Of a stretch of DNA of 64,000 bases, positions 48,548-59,092 are shown in pieces (position 1 is the stretch's first letter; every line of letters starts with the position of its first letter). A program made the translations under genes and the position numbers. Source of the stretch: Candidatus Poribacteria bacterium (GTDB lineage Bacteria > Poribacteria > WGA-4E > PCPOR2b); NCBI GenBank assembly GCA_965116925.1, contig OZ220744.1, positions 2,624,001 to 2,688,000 of the forward strand, read 5' to 3'. The notes under the pieces were generated by a model, which worked only from the letters and a program-made list of their open reading frames with translations, was not told the DNA's origin and ran no database searches.

Positions 48548-49409
48548 ATACTGATTCGGTCATGTGTTGATGTAAACTGTTCGCAAGTGCGGCAAACTCG
48601 GCGATGTCCAGCGTTTCTCCGCGTCGCCGTGGATCGATGGCAAGTTGATCACAAACAGCATTGAGTACGTCAGTAGAGATAAAAACGCCGTTTTTTAGGA
48701 GGGCGTTTCGTAACATTTTGCGCCGAGATTGGAACGCAGCGCGGACAATCCGAAAGAATAGCGCTTCATTTTCGATTGCGACTTGAGGGGTATCGCGCAT
48801 CTGTAGCCTTAGGACGGAGGAGTCAACTTGCGGGGAAGGGAAGAATTGATTTGGTGGGATTCTGTGCACAATTTCAGCCTCGGCGTAGTAGGAGACACCG
48901 ATTGAGAGGGCACCGTAGCGTTTGTTTCCCGGTGGAGAGATGATGCGTTCTGCGACTTCTGTCTGCATCGTTAAAACGCAAGAACCGATGTTCTGATGAT
49001 ACTTCAATAACTCCCATAGAACCGGTGTGGTGATATAGTAGGGGAGGTTGGCGACAATTTTGGTGTGTTCAGGTGGGAAGTCATTTAGCAGGGCAGGGAG
49101 GTCCTGTTTGAGAATATCGCCTTGGATCAGGGAGATATGAGGCGTTTTTGAGAATTTGAGCTGCAATTCGGCGTATAGAAAATCATCAATTTCAATCGCA
49201 ACAACGCTTTTAGCGGTGGCTGCTAGCACGGATGTGAGAAATCCGAGTCCCGCCCCGATCTCCAAGACGAAATCAGCATCGGTCAGTTTTGCACTCCAAG
49301 CTATCTCCTGCAAGGCGTGTGGATCAATCAGGAAGTGCTGACCAAGTTTCTGGTTGGGGTTTCTGCCGGTGCGTTTGAGGAAGTCACGGGTTTGTTGGTA
49401 GAGAGTCAT
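48543..49409 (-). CDS. rsmA: 16S rRNA m6,2A1518/1519 dimethyltransferase
   Basis: KLGQHFL, VLEIGAGLG.LT, ANLPYYITTP, F.PSPQVDS, RRKML. Confidence 0.95.
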   Translation of the reverse strand: MTLYQQTRDFLKRTGRNPNQKLGQHFLIDPHALQEIAWSAKLTDADFVLEIGAGLGFLTSVLAATAKSVVAIEIDDFLYAELQLKFSKTPHISLIQGDILKQDLPALLNDFPPEHTKIVANLPYYITTPVLWELLKYHQNIGSCVLTMQTEVAERIISPPGNKRYGALSIGVSYYAEAEIVHRIPPNQFFPSPQVDSSVLRLQMRDTPQVAIENEALFFRIVRAAFQSRRKMLRNALLKNGVFISTDVLNAVCDQLAIDPRRRGETLDIAEFAALANSLHQHMTESVL

Positions 49410-49478
49410 TTCTGTGGATTTTGTGTTTGGCGGGTGGAGGGAACGCAGATCTGCGTTCCCTACGAAAACTGTGTTAAT

Positions 49479-50360
49479 TTAGTATATGGTTACGCCGACC
49501 TCTCGTGCGACGTGCCGGATATATTGCTGACCTGTGATGGTGTCTTCGTATGGGAAATGTTCCACATAAAGCGTGACATCGTGGTTCAACTCATCCAACC
49601 GTCGTAGGATGGTCGCATAGTCCATAACGCCGGATTCATAACGGTGCTCCGCTTCTTTTGCCCCCGGAACCGCTTCGTCTATGTGAACGACTGATAAGCG
49701 TCCGCTCTCGTTCGGGCGCACCGCCGATATCGACAAGTCTTTCGCATGGAGTGCGGTGATTTTATCGCCCATCTCATCGAAAATCTGATTTACCAACTCT
49801 GTTGTTCTGTAGAACAGGTGGGGCCATGTCAGGTTTACGCAGTCCATCAGTGCCTTCATTCGGGGTGAGGCGGCTGCCTCAAACATCTCTTTGTACCGTT
49901 CTACGGAGCAGAGCGGGCTCATAATATGGGGGTGTGCGGCAACGTCCATCTCCGCTGCCTCTGCCTCTCTTGCCAAATCCGCCGCAGCGTCGAGGCATCG
50001 CTTCCACGCGTCTTCAGTCCACATTTGGGGTGTGCATCTGTAGGTTAATCCAACGTTAAACCCAACGCAGTGCGCGCCTAAGATTCGAGCGTGACGTAGT
50101 TGACGGCGATAGTGTTCGATGGCTGATTGGTATTCATCTTCATCTGCTGCGCCGAACCCGCTGTGGAATGCACTAAACTCACCCGGACGTATGTCGTGAT
50201 CTTCGAGGAATTTCCGCGCCTCTTCGACATCGGCATCGCTCCAATCGGCGGGGGTGCTCATGGAAACTGTTTTTACCTCCATGATGCTGACTTTGCGGAG
50301 AAACTCCTCCCGCTCTTCTGCGGTTTTCCCCGGATGTATGTTTGGACTCATTAAAATCAT
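49479..50360 (-). CDS. Sugar phosphate isomerase/epimerase (TIM barrel)
   Basis: AHPH, MDCVN, LHAKD, LYVEH. Confidence 0.8.
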   Translation of the reverse strand: MILMSPNIHPGKTAEEREEFLRKVSIMEVKTVSMSTPADWSDADVEEARKFLEDHDIRPGEFSAFHSGFGAADEDEYQSAIEHYRRQLRHARILGAHCVGFNVGLTYRCTPQMWTEDAWKRCLDAAADLAREAEAAEMDVAAHPHIMSPLCSVERYKEMFEAAASPRMKALMDCVNLTWPHLFYRTTELVNQIFDEMGDKITALHAKDLSISAVRPNESGRLSVVHIDEAVPGAKEAEHRYESGVMDYATILRRLDELNHDVTLYVEHFPYEDTITGQQYIRHVAREVGVTIY

Positions 50361-51569
50361 TTAATCTTCTCCCTGGATCAATTCAACCACGTGATCTAAG
50401 ATGCGATTCGCAACTTCGCGTTTGGAGAGGAGGGGTAGTTGTTCGCAATTCCCGCTTTGGTCCAACAGAGTTACGATGTTGGTATCGCCTTCAAAACCTG
50501 CGCCTTCCGCCAATACGTCGTTTGCTACGATGAGATCACAGTTCTTCTTGATTAGCTTCTTTTGAGCATTCTCTAGGAGATCATTCGTCTCGGCGGCGAA
50601 ACCGACTGTGATTTGTCCCTTCTTTTTGCGCTCGCCTAGGGCTTTTGCGATGTCGGGGTTTTGTTCCAGTGGAATGGTCAATTGATCTGCCCTTTTCTTG
50701 ATTTTGTTCGGGGAGAATGCTTGGGGACGGTAGTCAGCGACGGCTGCCGCCATCACCACGATGTCGGTCTGATTGAACCCTTCGAGGAGTGCGTCTTGCA
50801 GCTCTAGAGTGGTTTCTATGTAGCGGGTTTCGACGCCGGTGGGTGGTCCTGCTGTCGCTGCTCCGCTGATAAGGAGTACCTCTGCACCGCGATCCCGCGC
50901 TGCTTCGGCGACCGCATATCCCATCTTTCCGCTGGATCGGTTGCTGATAAAGCGGACTGGATCGAGGTATTCCCGCGTCGGTCCTGCCGTGACAACCACT
51001 CGCTTCCCATCTAGGTCTTTGGGTGTTTGCAACATTTGGGTGATGCGTTCCAAGATAACTTCGACGGTGTTCAAGCGTCCCATGCCCTGTTTTCCGGAGG
51101 CGAGATCTCCGCTGACGGGCTCGACAAATTGGACACCGTGTTCCTTCAGGCTTTGCATGTTTGCCGCGACAAATGGGTTTTCATACATGTGTTGTTCCAT
51201 CGCGGGTGCGATTAGGATTGGGCAGTGGACGGAGATTGCGACGGTGGAGAGTGCGTTGTCAGCGATGCCGTTCGCCATTTTGCCGATGATGTTTGCGGTG
51301 GCGGGGACGATTGCTAGCAGATCGGCTTTATCTGCGAGGTCGATGTGCACCGGTTTCCAATCGGAGCCGATATCGAAAAGGTCAAGCAGAACAGGGTTTC
51401 GGGAGATGACTTGGAATTGGATCGGCTGCACCAAGCGTGTGGCGTTTTCGGTCATGACAACGTGTACGGAATGGCCTTGCTTCACCAATTGGCTCGCTAG
51501 GTCAATGGATTTGTGGATGGCGATTCCGCCGGTAACGCCGAGGATGATGGTTTTGTTTTCTTGTTTCAT
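50361..51569 (-). CDS. coaBC: Phosphopantothenoylcysteine decarboxylase/ligase
   Basis: [54 protein letters not shown]. Confidence 0.96.
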   Translation of the reverse strand: MKQENKTIILGVTGGIAIHKSIDLASQLVKQGHSVHVVMTENATRLVQPIQFQVISRNPVLLDLFDIGSDWKPVHIDLADKADLLAIVPATANIIGKMANGIADNALSTVAISVHCPILIAPAMEQHMYENPFVAANMQSLKEHGVQFVEPVSGDLASGKQGMGRLNTVEVILERITQMLQTPKDLDGKRVVVTAGPTREYLDPVRFISNRSSGKMGYAVAEAARDRGAEVLLISGAATAGPPTGVETRYIETTLELQDALLEGFNQTDIVVMAAAVADYRPQAFSPNKIKKRADQLTIPLEQNPDIAKALGERKKKGQITVGFAAETNDLLENAQKKLIKKNCDLIVANDVLAEGAGFEGDTNIVTLLDQSGNCEQLPLLSKREVANRILDHVVELIQGED

Positions 51570-51598
51570 GGTTTTGTTTTCTTGTACTGATAAGGGAC

Positions 51599-51736
51599 TA
51601 TGGTAGATTTTAGAATTACTTAGATGCTCCCAATACACCGCCAACCCCCTAAATCCCCCTTATCAGGGGGACTTTGGAAACTTCATTAAGGTCGGAATTA
51701 TTTGGTAATCTCCATTTATTTCTCTAGTTCACCATA
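51599..51736. mobile_element. MITE family A copy (reverse orientation)
   Basis: TATGGTAGATTTTAGAATTA..ATTTATTTCTCTAGTTCACCATA with CCCCCTTATCAGGGGG hairpin. Confidence 0.65.
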
Positions 51737-51765
51737 AATAGAAACACTCATGTGGGTAAAATGGG

Positions 51766-52176
51766 CTACCCTCGTAGCGTTATCCCCATCATTGGAAAAT
51801 GTTGATCGAAAGCAAATGCCTCTGAGATGTTATAACTCCGACAAACAACAAAGCTGGTACAATCCGTAAATGATAACTTCGCAGTATCGTATTGACGAAA
51901 GAGTCGCTCTGCTTCTTGAAACAAAATGCTGTCGATTGCTGCAACGGTTAAATCACCTGCTCCTTCAGAACTTTCGATAAGGTCAAGAAACTCGACTGCT
52001 ACCAAGTAATTCACTCTATATCTGAGCCAAGTTGCAGTCTCATCAATCACATAATCGGTGGTTAGGAATCGTGTGTTCTGCTGCTTTAAGGTTGCGTAAA
52101 TTATAATGGCATCGTCATGATGTTGATCCCTCCGATCCAAGAGGGCAATCCAGGTACCACTATCAACAAAAATCAT
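51766..52176 (-). CDS. vapC: PIN-domain VapC-family toxin
   Basis: IFVDSGTWIAL..D.HH, TTDYVIDET, SFTDCTSF, AFAFDQHF. Confidence 0.92.
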   Translation of the reverse strand: MIFVDSGTWIALLDRRDQHHDDAIIIYATLKQQNTRFLTTDYVIDETATWLRYRVNYLVAVEFLDLIESSEGAGDLTVAAIDSILFQEAERLFRQYDTAKLSFTDCTSFVVCRSYNISEAFAFDQHFPMMGITLRG

Positions 52177-53944
52177 GGTTTTGAATCCAATTCATAGATA
52201 ACTTCATCGTGATTGACAGACCCATCGGTTGAACCGGAGTCTGCCATTCCAATCATTTGATCAATAATAGCGTAGCCTCTTTCTCTCTCATTTCGTTTAA
52301 TGATTTCACGATTGATTTGGCGGCTCTGCATGAGAAAGATGAAATAATCGAGAACATCCAAAGCCTTTGAGAGAATCTCGGCGAACACCAAGCGCAAACT
52401 CTGACTATCAATACCGAAGTCCTTAGCAATCTTTTGGTAGTTGCTCCCTTTGCGGTGGGCGCTACCAGTGGAACGCAAACTCTGAAGTTTTCGCAGAAAA
52501 GCGATGTGATCCTCGGCATCTGCAACACCGCAGCAACTGAGGGTGATTTCAAGACAGTCGATAGTTCCTTTAAGACTCTCCGTCTGACCAGGCGTAAGGT
52601 TTTGCTCCTGTTCAAGCGAAATTAGTTTTTTCAACTTCTTCTGGTTCAGGGAGTCAATTAGTATTATGGCGAGATTCAAAATCAACGCATCAAACTCACG
52701 CTGCTCGTTAGTAGACGGAATCCTCAACTCTTTGAGACGTTGCTCGTCGCGCGGTTTCAATGGTAACAACAGCTGCCAACCGAGACATTTTTCAGATTCC
52801 TTTTGCAGATGAGCATATCTATGTTTGAATAGGTGCTCGGGGCGATCTGAAGTTGCTGTGAACGATCCTTGGAGATAACGCTCAAAATAGGTCTTACTCA
52901 AACCACCTTCGGGTAGGATATTGTAGATTCGCCAGTGTTGTTGTTCCGTGTATGGCAGTGAGGCGAGGTCTCTCAACAACACAATAACTTTGTCTTCGTG
53001 ATGGTTGTCAATACGCACAGCCCACCAAGGGCAGCTCACCCGTGAATCTTCCACCGAGTACATACTGGGTTTATTGTAGTATTTATCTAACACCTGCTTG
53101 CGAAAATACACAGGGGCCAGGCGATGAGGCGCGTCGGATGTGTGGGTAATCTCTTTTCCGTTTTCGTCATCACCAATAATGAACTCTACATACTTCGGTT
53201 CCTCAACAAATCCGGGGAAAACGCTCTGAGATTCCGGTAGGGGTTCTATAAATCGCTTTCCCTCTAGCATCCTAATGTCGTTATAGCCACGGGACTGCCA
53301 ATGCCACCAACATATATCACCATCCGCTGTAGCCTTTCTAATCGGCTTTGTTTCGTCTTCGCCAACCCTTTCATCTTCACCAACCCCAAGCTCTTCCGGC
53401 AAGTCACCCAAATCTCCTTGAAAAGAAAATTGGATCGATAGGTGCATCCTTTTAACTGCCAAGAACTGACGAATTTCCAGGAGTTTTATTTGGATACAAT
53501 CTGGTTCAACAACAGCCACTAGGTGTTCATTACCTTCATCATCAATTTTGATATATTCATCTTTTTCGCTGTCGTGATAGAGATTGTGGAAAAGACGGAA
53601 CTCCTCGGATATCTCGCTGTAGTGCTCTCTCTTCCGTAGTTAGTTTGTGATTCATTGAAGTCACGATTAACGACCAAAGGTTCAATTCCGTTGTCGTCTC
53701 CGTAGCGTAGGTATTGAAAGGGGTCTACACCCACAGCACTAGGTGTGCCCTGATAAAAATGCAAGTCCCAAGACGATTTGGAAAGTGCTCGCTCAACTTG
53801 AATAGATGGAATCAAAGCACAATAGATGCCGAATTCCTTTTTATTCCAGTAAACTGGAATCATATCAGTCAACTTCAGGTCGCGCTGCATGTATTTTAGT
53901 CTCTGATCTAGCGATAGTCCTTTTTGGTCTAAATCAATACTCAT
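52173..53944 (-). pseudogene. Large uncharacterised protein split by a frameshift (ORFs 53519-53962 and 52173-53519); HEPN-like motif and VapB-like tail
   Basis: Removing one AG from the (AG)4 tract at 53625-53632 joins ..NYGRE to HYSEISEEFRLFHNLYHD..NEHLVAVVEP in one frame (~589 aa from ATG 53944). Confidence 0.7.
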
Positions 53945-54000
53945 AATTTCCTCCTCACCCATTCTAATCCCAACTTTAGACGTTTCTTCATGCCCTATGT

Positions 54001-57000
54001 TTAATGAGCAGGCACCCCCAAATCGGGCAGCCCCTCCACGATCTTCACTGTCTCCAAACTGACTGTGATCACTTTACCGATGAGTCTAACGATGTACTCT
54101 GGATCGTCTGCGCGGTTCGGGTCGTTGACGATACCGCTCCGTTTGTCCGTCTTGACGCGATACTGATCTATCACCCATTCCAACGCCGACCGATTCCCAA
54201 GCCGATAGTCAAACGCCTTTGCAGGTATCCCGTCAAGTGTCAGGAAATTGTTGTATTTTATCTGCGCTTTGTCTTTTGACAATCTCATCTTTTCTACACG
54301 CCAATCGAGGGGTATATCCGGCTTTTCAATGAATACGAGTTGATATTCCTCCATCTCCTCATAGTCGATGTGGATTTCTCCCAACCGTTGCCCTGCTTTT
54401 GCAAAACTCCAGAAGTCCGGCGCATAAGGAAGGCGTGGCAGGTCCCGCTTGAGGTTGGCTTCATACCGCTCCCGATAGTTGGGGTGATGCAGGAGAGCGT
54501 AGATGTAATGAAAGATGTCCCACTTGGTGATTGCCTCGTCTCGGTAATGCGTTCGGAATTGTTCTAACACCCAATCGGTGATGTTCTCTCGGCGATTACT
54601 CCCGTCTTCGTCGTAAGAATAGAAAGGGAAGGATTGTTGTGGATCCCCATAGAAGTTCAAATCAGGAATAGACTCACTCATCAAAACAGCAAATTCTTTT
54701 CGGCCATAGCCACCAACACAAATCACACGATTCTCTTCTTCTGTGTCAGGTGTGGGAAAGATGGACGGGAAGATGTATACACGCTCGGTCATCATTCGGT
54801 CAAAGTAGAGGTTTGATTTCGTAAAGGGACGATAGAGAGAGTCCCTCACCTCTTCCTGTGAAAAATTAGCGGTTTTCTCTCTTTGCAAGTTGCGTTTAAG
54901 AGTTTCGCTCCAACTAATTTTCGTATTGTCATAAAGCACAAATTCATCCACGTTCGCATCACGGTTGGCTCGCTGTGCCCACTTGAACATCTGTTCATTG
55001 TAGGTATCAATCATCCCGTTCATGTTTTTAACGAGTGTGTTTCGATTAAAGTTGTATACCCACGCATCGCGATTGGTCTTAACGCCGTTGCTGTAAATCT
55101 GAAAAATCACATCCACGGCCTCACCCCTTGCCCTTTTCGCCTCCATAGTTCCCATCGGGATAAAGGTCTCAAATTCAGCGTGGAGCCCTTCTGTCAACCA
55201 TGTGTGACGTGTGTCAGGTTGAACGATCTGCCAGTCTATATCCCCGATGTGTTCGCACTCATTCAGAAAATCGAATTTCTGTTTTTTGTTCCATAGGTCA
55301 TCGGTACGATAATAAAAAATACGTGCTCCGTTCCGAGAGTCTTCGACAGGGACAGAACCTTCCCCGTTTGTAGTGGAGTGATTCACCGCCTGTCTGTTTT
55401 TCACAAATAGGTTGATGCTCACGCCGACTCGAATCCCGAACACATTGGCCTCCGAGACTTTCAATCCCTTCCGTGCATTCCCGCCCAGATCCAGAATGTA
55501 AATCGCATCGAAATCATCTGCGAGGTGTTTCCGCATCCCGTCAAATGCCACACCGTCGAGGAAGCTACTGTTTGTCACAAAGGCGACAACCCCTTCATCT
55601 CCTATCCGATCCGATGCCCAGCGAATCGCCTTTATGTATGGATCAGCCAGCGCGTTTTTATTCGTCGCTGTGGAGGCTTTCGCGTATGTCTCGGCTACCC
55701 GCCCATCCATCGTTGGATATTTCCGATTTTTGTTGTTGTCGTTTTCGTTGATCTGACCGACGTTGTAGGGCGGATTGCCGATAACGACAAACATCGGAGT
55801 GTTTTTCTGTTCCTCAACGCGGCGCGTGTTCTCCTCTGTAAACAACGAGCCTGCATAATAGTGAGAGTCTTCCGCCAGTTCAAATGTATCGACGAGACAG
55901 ATACCGTCAAACGGTTGATAGTGTCCTGTTGCCTCATAAAATTGATGTTCAATGTTCATTGAGGCGATGTAGTATGGCAGCAGCATCACCTCGTTGCAGT
56001 GCAATTCTGTCGTATATTTTTTCGCTAAGGCGGTCTTGCGAATTTCGCGCATCGTCCGCACGATGAAATTGCCGGTCCCCACAAACGGGTCGATGATGTG
56101 AACGCTGGAGTCGGAGAGTGACCGATTAAATTCAGTCTGTAATATCTGATCTACGCTTCTCACCATAAAATCTACAATCGGCTGCGGTGTGTAGACAACA
56201 CCGTGCGTATCGGCGACCTCCACCGAAAAGCCTTGAAAAAACTGCTCGTAAACGGTGTTGAGGAATCCCTGTTTTTGGGAAAAATCGTTGATTGTATCTG
56301 CGGTGCGTTCGATTGCCGCATAGAAAAGGTCAAGGCTACGGAGAAAATCATCGCGACTGAACGACTGCGATGTGAGCGCGTCTATCACCTTCTCAATTTC
56401 GTTGGCGATGACATTGCGGCGGGTGAAGTCGGGGTTATCAAAAACGGTGCGGAAGATGCGCTCGGTCAACAGGTGCTGGATGAGCATTTCCTCGACAGCG
56501 GCTTCGGAGAGATTGGGATTGATCGATTGACAACACTTCTCGTGAAAGGTTCTAAACGCCCCGGTAAAACGGGAGTTGGTTTTCCGTTCCTTTTGGATTA
56601 AATCCGCCAACTCGCTCCCGATGTCGGGGACTCTGTCTTTGAAATGCGCGACGGCCTCCTCCCATTCGGTGTATTCTGGTGGACGGTAGGCAAAAAAGGT
56701 ATCGAGAATCTTTATCAGTTGCGTTGGGTCAGTTAAGTCTGCATCGCGTACCTGTTGACCGTTTTGCCAAAGAAGGGCGCGGTGTGGGGTTTGGAAGAGG
56801 ATGTTGTCGCGGGGATACCCTTTCTCAAATTTGCGTACCACTTCGGCGGGTAGATCGTCGTGGATATCCTTCGCCTCCCAATAGCCGTGAATCAGCCTGA
56901 AACCGTCAATCAACGCACCATCAAGGACAATCCGCTTGTTTTGATCTCCGGTCATTGAATATTCAGGGATGAGCGTCCAATCAAACTGTCGTCCACACGA

Positions 57001-57129
57001 TTCAAGCAGGAATTGGAACGCAGATCGGACGGCGGTCTCATGCGTGACACCGAGTTGGGCGTATCGGTTGAGTGCGATGTTGTAGTCTCTGATGGGTTTG
57101 TGTGTAGATTTGAGGGTGAGGGTTGGCAT
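54001..57129 (-). CDS. Single-chain restriction-modification enzyme (N6-adenine MTase, type ISP/IIG-like, no helicase)
   Basis: N-terminal DG..GYWEAKD nuclease-like motif; GVVYTPQPIVDF, IDPFVGTG, VIGNPPY; C-terminal GVKTNRD, YRPF, LG.RSALEW TRD-type region. Confidence 0.85.
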   Translation of the reverse strand: MPTLTLKSTHKPIRDYNIALNRYAQLGVTHETAVRSAFQFLLESCGRQFDWTLIPEYSMTGDQNKRIVLDGALIDGFRLIHGYWEAKDIHDDLPAEVVRKFEKGYPRDNILFQTPHRALLWQNGQQVRDADLTDPTQLIKILDTFFAYRPPEYTEWEEAVAHFKDRVPDIGSELADLIQKERKTNSRFTGAFRTFHEKCCQSINPNLSEAAVEEMLIQHLLTERIFRTVFDNPDFTRRNVIANEIEKVIDALTSQSFSRDDFLRSLDLFYAAIERTADTINDFSQKQGFLNTVYEQFFQGFSVEVADTHGVVYTPQPIVDFMVRSVDQILQTEFNRSLSDSSVHIIDPFVGTGNFIVRTMREIRKTALAKKYTTELHCNEVMLLPYYIASMNIEHQFYEATGHYQPFDGICLVDTFELAEDSHYYAGSLFTEENTRRVEEQKNTPMFVVIGNPPYNVGQINENDNNKNRKYPTMDGRVAETYAKASTATNKNALADPYIKAIRWASDRIGDEGVVAFVTNSSFLDGVAFDGMRKHLADDFDAIYILDLGGNARKGLKVSEANVFGIRVGVSINLFVKNRQAVNHSTTNGEGSVPVEDSRNGARIFYYRTDDLWNKKQKFDFLNECEHIGDIDWQIVQPDTRHTWLTEGLHAEFETFIPMGTMEAKRARGEAVDVIFQIYSNGVKTNRDAWVYNFNRNTLVKNMNGMIDTYNEQMFKWAQRANRDANVDEFVLYDNTKISWSETLKRNLQREKTANFSQEEVRDSLYRPFTKSNLYFDRMMTERVYIFPSIFPTPDTEEENRVICVGGYGRKEFAVLMSESIPDLNFYGDPQQSFPFYSYDEDGSNRRENITDWVLEQFRTHYRDEAITKWDIFHYIYALLHHPNYRERYEANLKRDLPRLPYAPDFWSFAKAGQRLGEIHIDYEEMEEYQLVFIEKPDIPLDWRVEKMRLSKDKAQIKYNNFLTLDGIPAKAFDYRLGNRSALEWVIDQYRVKTDKRSGIVNDPNRADDPEYIVRLIGKVITVSLETVKIVEGLPDLGVPAH

Positions 57130-57180
57130 TGTGTTTAAGGGGATAAATCCTGTAATGAGGTGGTGGCAAGTAAGTGTTAA

Positions 57181-57684
57181 TTAGAGATTGTCTGAATCCG
57201 ATAAAACTTCTGCTAAATTCTTGGGTTTATTACAGCGTCCTGTCAGGATCCGCAAAGGTTTGCCGTTGAACTGTACTTTGAGCTCTTTCCTCCCTCTGGG
57301 GTTTGTCCACTTAATGCCCCGGGTGTGAAACAGAATCGGTGCATATACGGTTTTCACAATCTTCGGTCCTGGAACAATGCTAGCAGCAAAATCTAAACTG
57401 TTTTTCAGCTTTTCGACGATATCTGATTCCCTAGCTTCGCCGTTCTTGAGTTCAATAGGAGCTGCAACGAGGTTGTTTTCATCGGGATTAACGTAGAAGA
57501 GAAGACGGTCGCCTCGTTTTTTAGGCATTTTACGAAAATCAAATTCACGTTCGACATGTATCACAACCCGCTGAGAGGGGATGTCGGTCGAATCCACACC
57601 ACAGCCCTCGCCGCCACACGAATTAGTAAGGCTTGATTTATCTACCTGCCTCCGGATATGGTTGAGAACTCTATTCACGTTCAC
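57181..57684 (-). CDS. Hypothetical protein, putative PD-(D/E)xK nuclease partner of the ATPase
   Basis: 167 aa; RGDRLLF..PIELKNG; overlaps the ATPase stop by 14 nt. Confidence 0.55.
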   Translation of the reverse strand: MNVNRVLNHIRRQVDKSSLTNSCGGEGCGVDSTDIPSQRVVIHVEREFDFRKMPKKRGDRLLFYVNPDENNLVAAPIELKNGEARESDIVEKLKNSLDFAASIVPGPKIVKTVYAPILFHTRGIKWTNPRGRKELKVQFNGKPLRILTGRCNKPKNLAEVLSDSDNL

Positions 57685-59092
57685 TCTCGTCTTTCAGTTC
57701 CTCAATTCGATTCTGGAGACCTGCCCAACGATTATAGAGTGCCTCGGCAACGTCTTCATACTCCATTGGTTCTATGCCTTTGATGCGATCAAACTCGATT
57801 TCCTTTACTTTTCCATCCTTTTGAAACAGCCATGTTCCAACCTCTTCCGGTGACAGCCAATCGTTGGTTTCTTTTTTCAGCGCATCTTTTTCCTTGAGCA
57901 TACCAACACGCATCAGGTTTCCAATTTCTTGGAGCATGAAGTCGCTATGTGTTGTTACAAGCACCCGTACACCAGCGCGGACCAAGCGGGCAAGGGTCGC
58001 TGCCATTTGGGTCTGGGCAGCGGGGTGCAAATGGGCTTCGGGCTCCTCAATGATGAGTGTGTCGCCGGGGCGGACGAGACCGCGAATGAACAGCACAAGG
58101 GGAGCAAGTTCAGACACCATTGATGAAGAACGGGTCAGACGTATATCTTGTTCTGTTCCCTGTGGACGGTAGAGAAATTCTGGATACCCTGTCGGTGAAG
58201 GATTCATAATTATCTGTCCAGCGAGGACATCGGACTCTAGGGCATCGGCAAGAGGATTTATTCCGTCATCTGATCTGGTACCTTCCTTGTAGAGTATGAG
58301 CTCTTTCATGAAGTCAGCTACCACTCCCGACAGTGTAGGAATCTCCAATGTTTCCAAACCAGCGCGGGTGGCACCTGCAACAAGTGAGCTCGCTATGACC
58401 CGATGGCTCTGCATAATGCCGCTCCGGGCGGCTGGCAGATAGTACCGCTGTGCTAGGATTTTACTAGGTCCAAAAAAAGGTTGAGAGGGATCTTGGGGAA
58501 TAACCATCTCCCTGTTGATACCTCCATCTACAGTGACCTCTGATTTGGAAACCCTTATGTCAAAGTTACAGAGATTCTGATTTGGCTCATTGACCTTGAA
58601 CGAAATTTTTATTTCATTATGCGGTCCATCGGTTAACTGTATTAGTTCCGAAACGGAATCGAGGTCGAAACAACGTTTGAGTTCAATTTCCAACGCATTA
58701 CTGTGACCCTTTAACTGATTGAGACTAGATTGTGTCGGGTCGCGCACCACCTTAGGCAGGTCCGAAAATTTGAGCGGTTGTCCCCTGTGCAGCTTGTTGA
58801 ATACCTCCCGAAGTTCTTTTTGCAATTCAATATTATCTGTCGAAGAAGCAGAGCTTAGTCCATACCCGAGGAGCCATATGATGTCCAGTTTAGGAAATCT
58901 TGAAAATCCCTCAAAGACGCTATGCAGGGCATAGATCAGCACGGAGAGATAGGTTTTGCCGGTGTTGCTCGGTCCGACAAATACCGTTAGTGGGCGCAGA
59001 TCAAGATCCGCTTCTGCGATCGGTCCGAAGTTACGGACTGAGATTTCAACTTTCGGTGTGTTGGGGGTTTTTGCCCTCTCATCTCCGTTCAT
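57671..59092 (-). CDS. AAA_15/AAA_21-type ATPase
   Basis: VRNFGPI, VGPSNTGKTY, PAARSG, SSMVSELAP, IIEEPEAHLHP, TTHSD. Confidence 0.88.
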   Translation of the reverse strand: MNGDERAKTPNTPKVEISVRNFGPIAEADLDLRPLTVFVGPSNTGKTYLSVLIYALHSVFEGFSRFPKLDIIWLLGYGLSSASSTDNIELQKELREVFNKLHRGQPLKFSDLPKVVRDPTQSSLNQLKGHSNALEIELKRCFDLDSVSELIQLTDGPHNEIKISFKVNEPNQNLCNFDIRVSKSEVTVDGGINREMVIPQDPSQPFFGPSKILAQRYYLPAARSGIMQSHRVIASSLVAGATRAGLETLEIPTLSGVVADFMKELILYKEGTRSDDGINPLADALESDVLAGQIIMNPSPTGYPEFLYRPQGTEQDIRLTRSSSMVSELAPLVLFIRGLVRPGDTLIIEEPEAHLHPAAQTQMAATLARLVRAGVRVLVTTHSDFMLQEIGNLMRVGMLKEKDALKKETNDWLSPEEVGTWLFQKDGKVKEIEFDRIKGIEPMEYEDVAEALYNRWAGLQNRIEELKDESERE

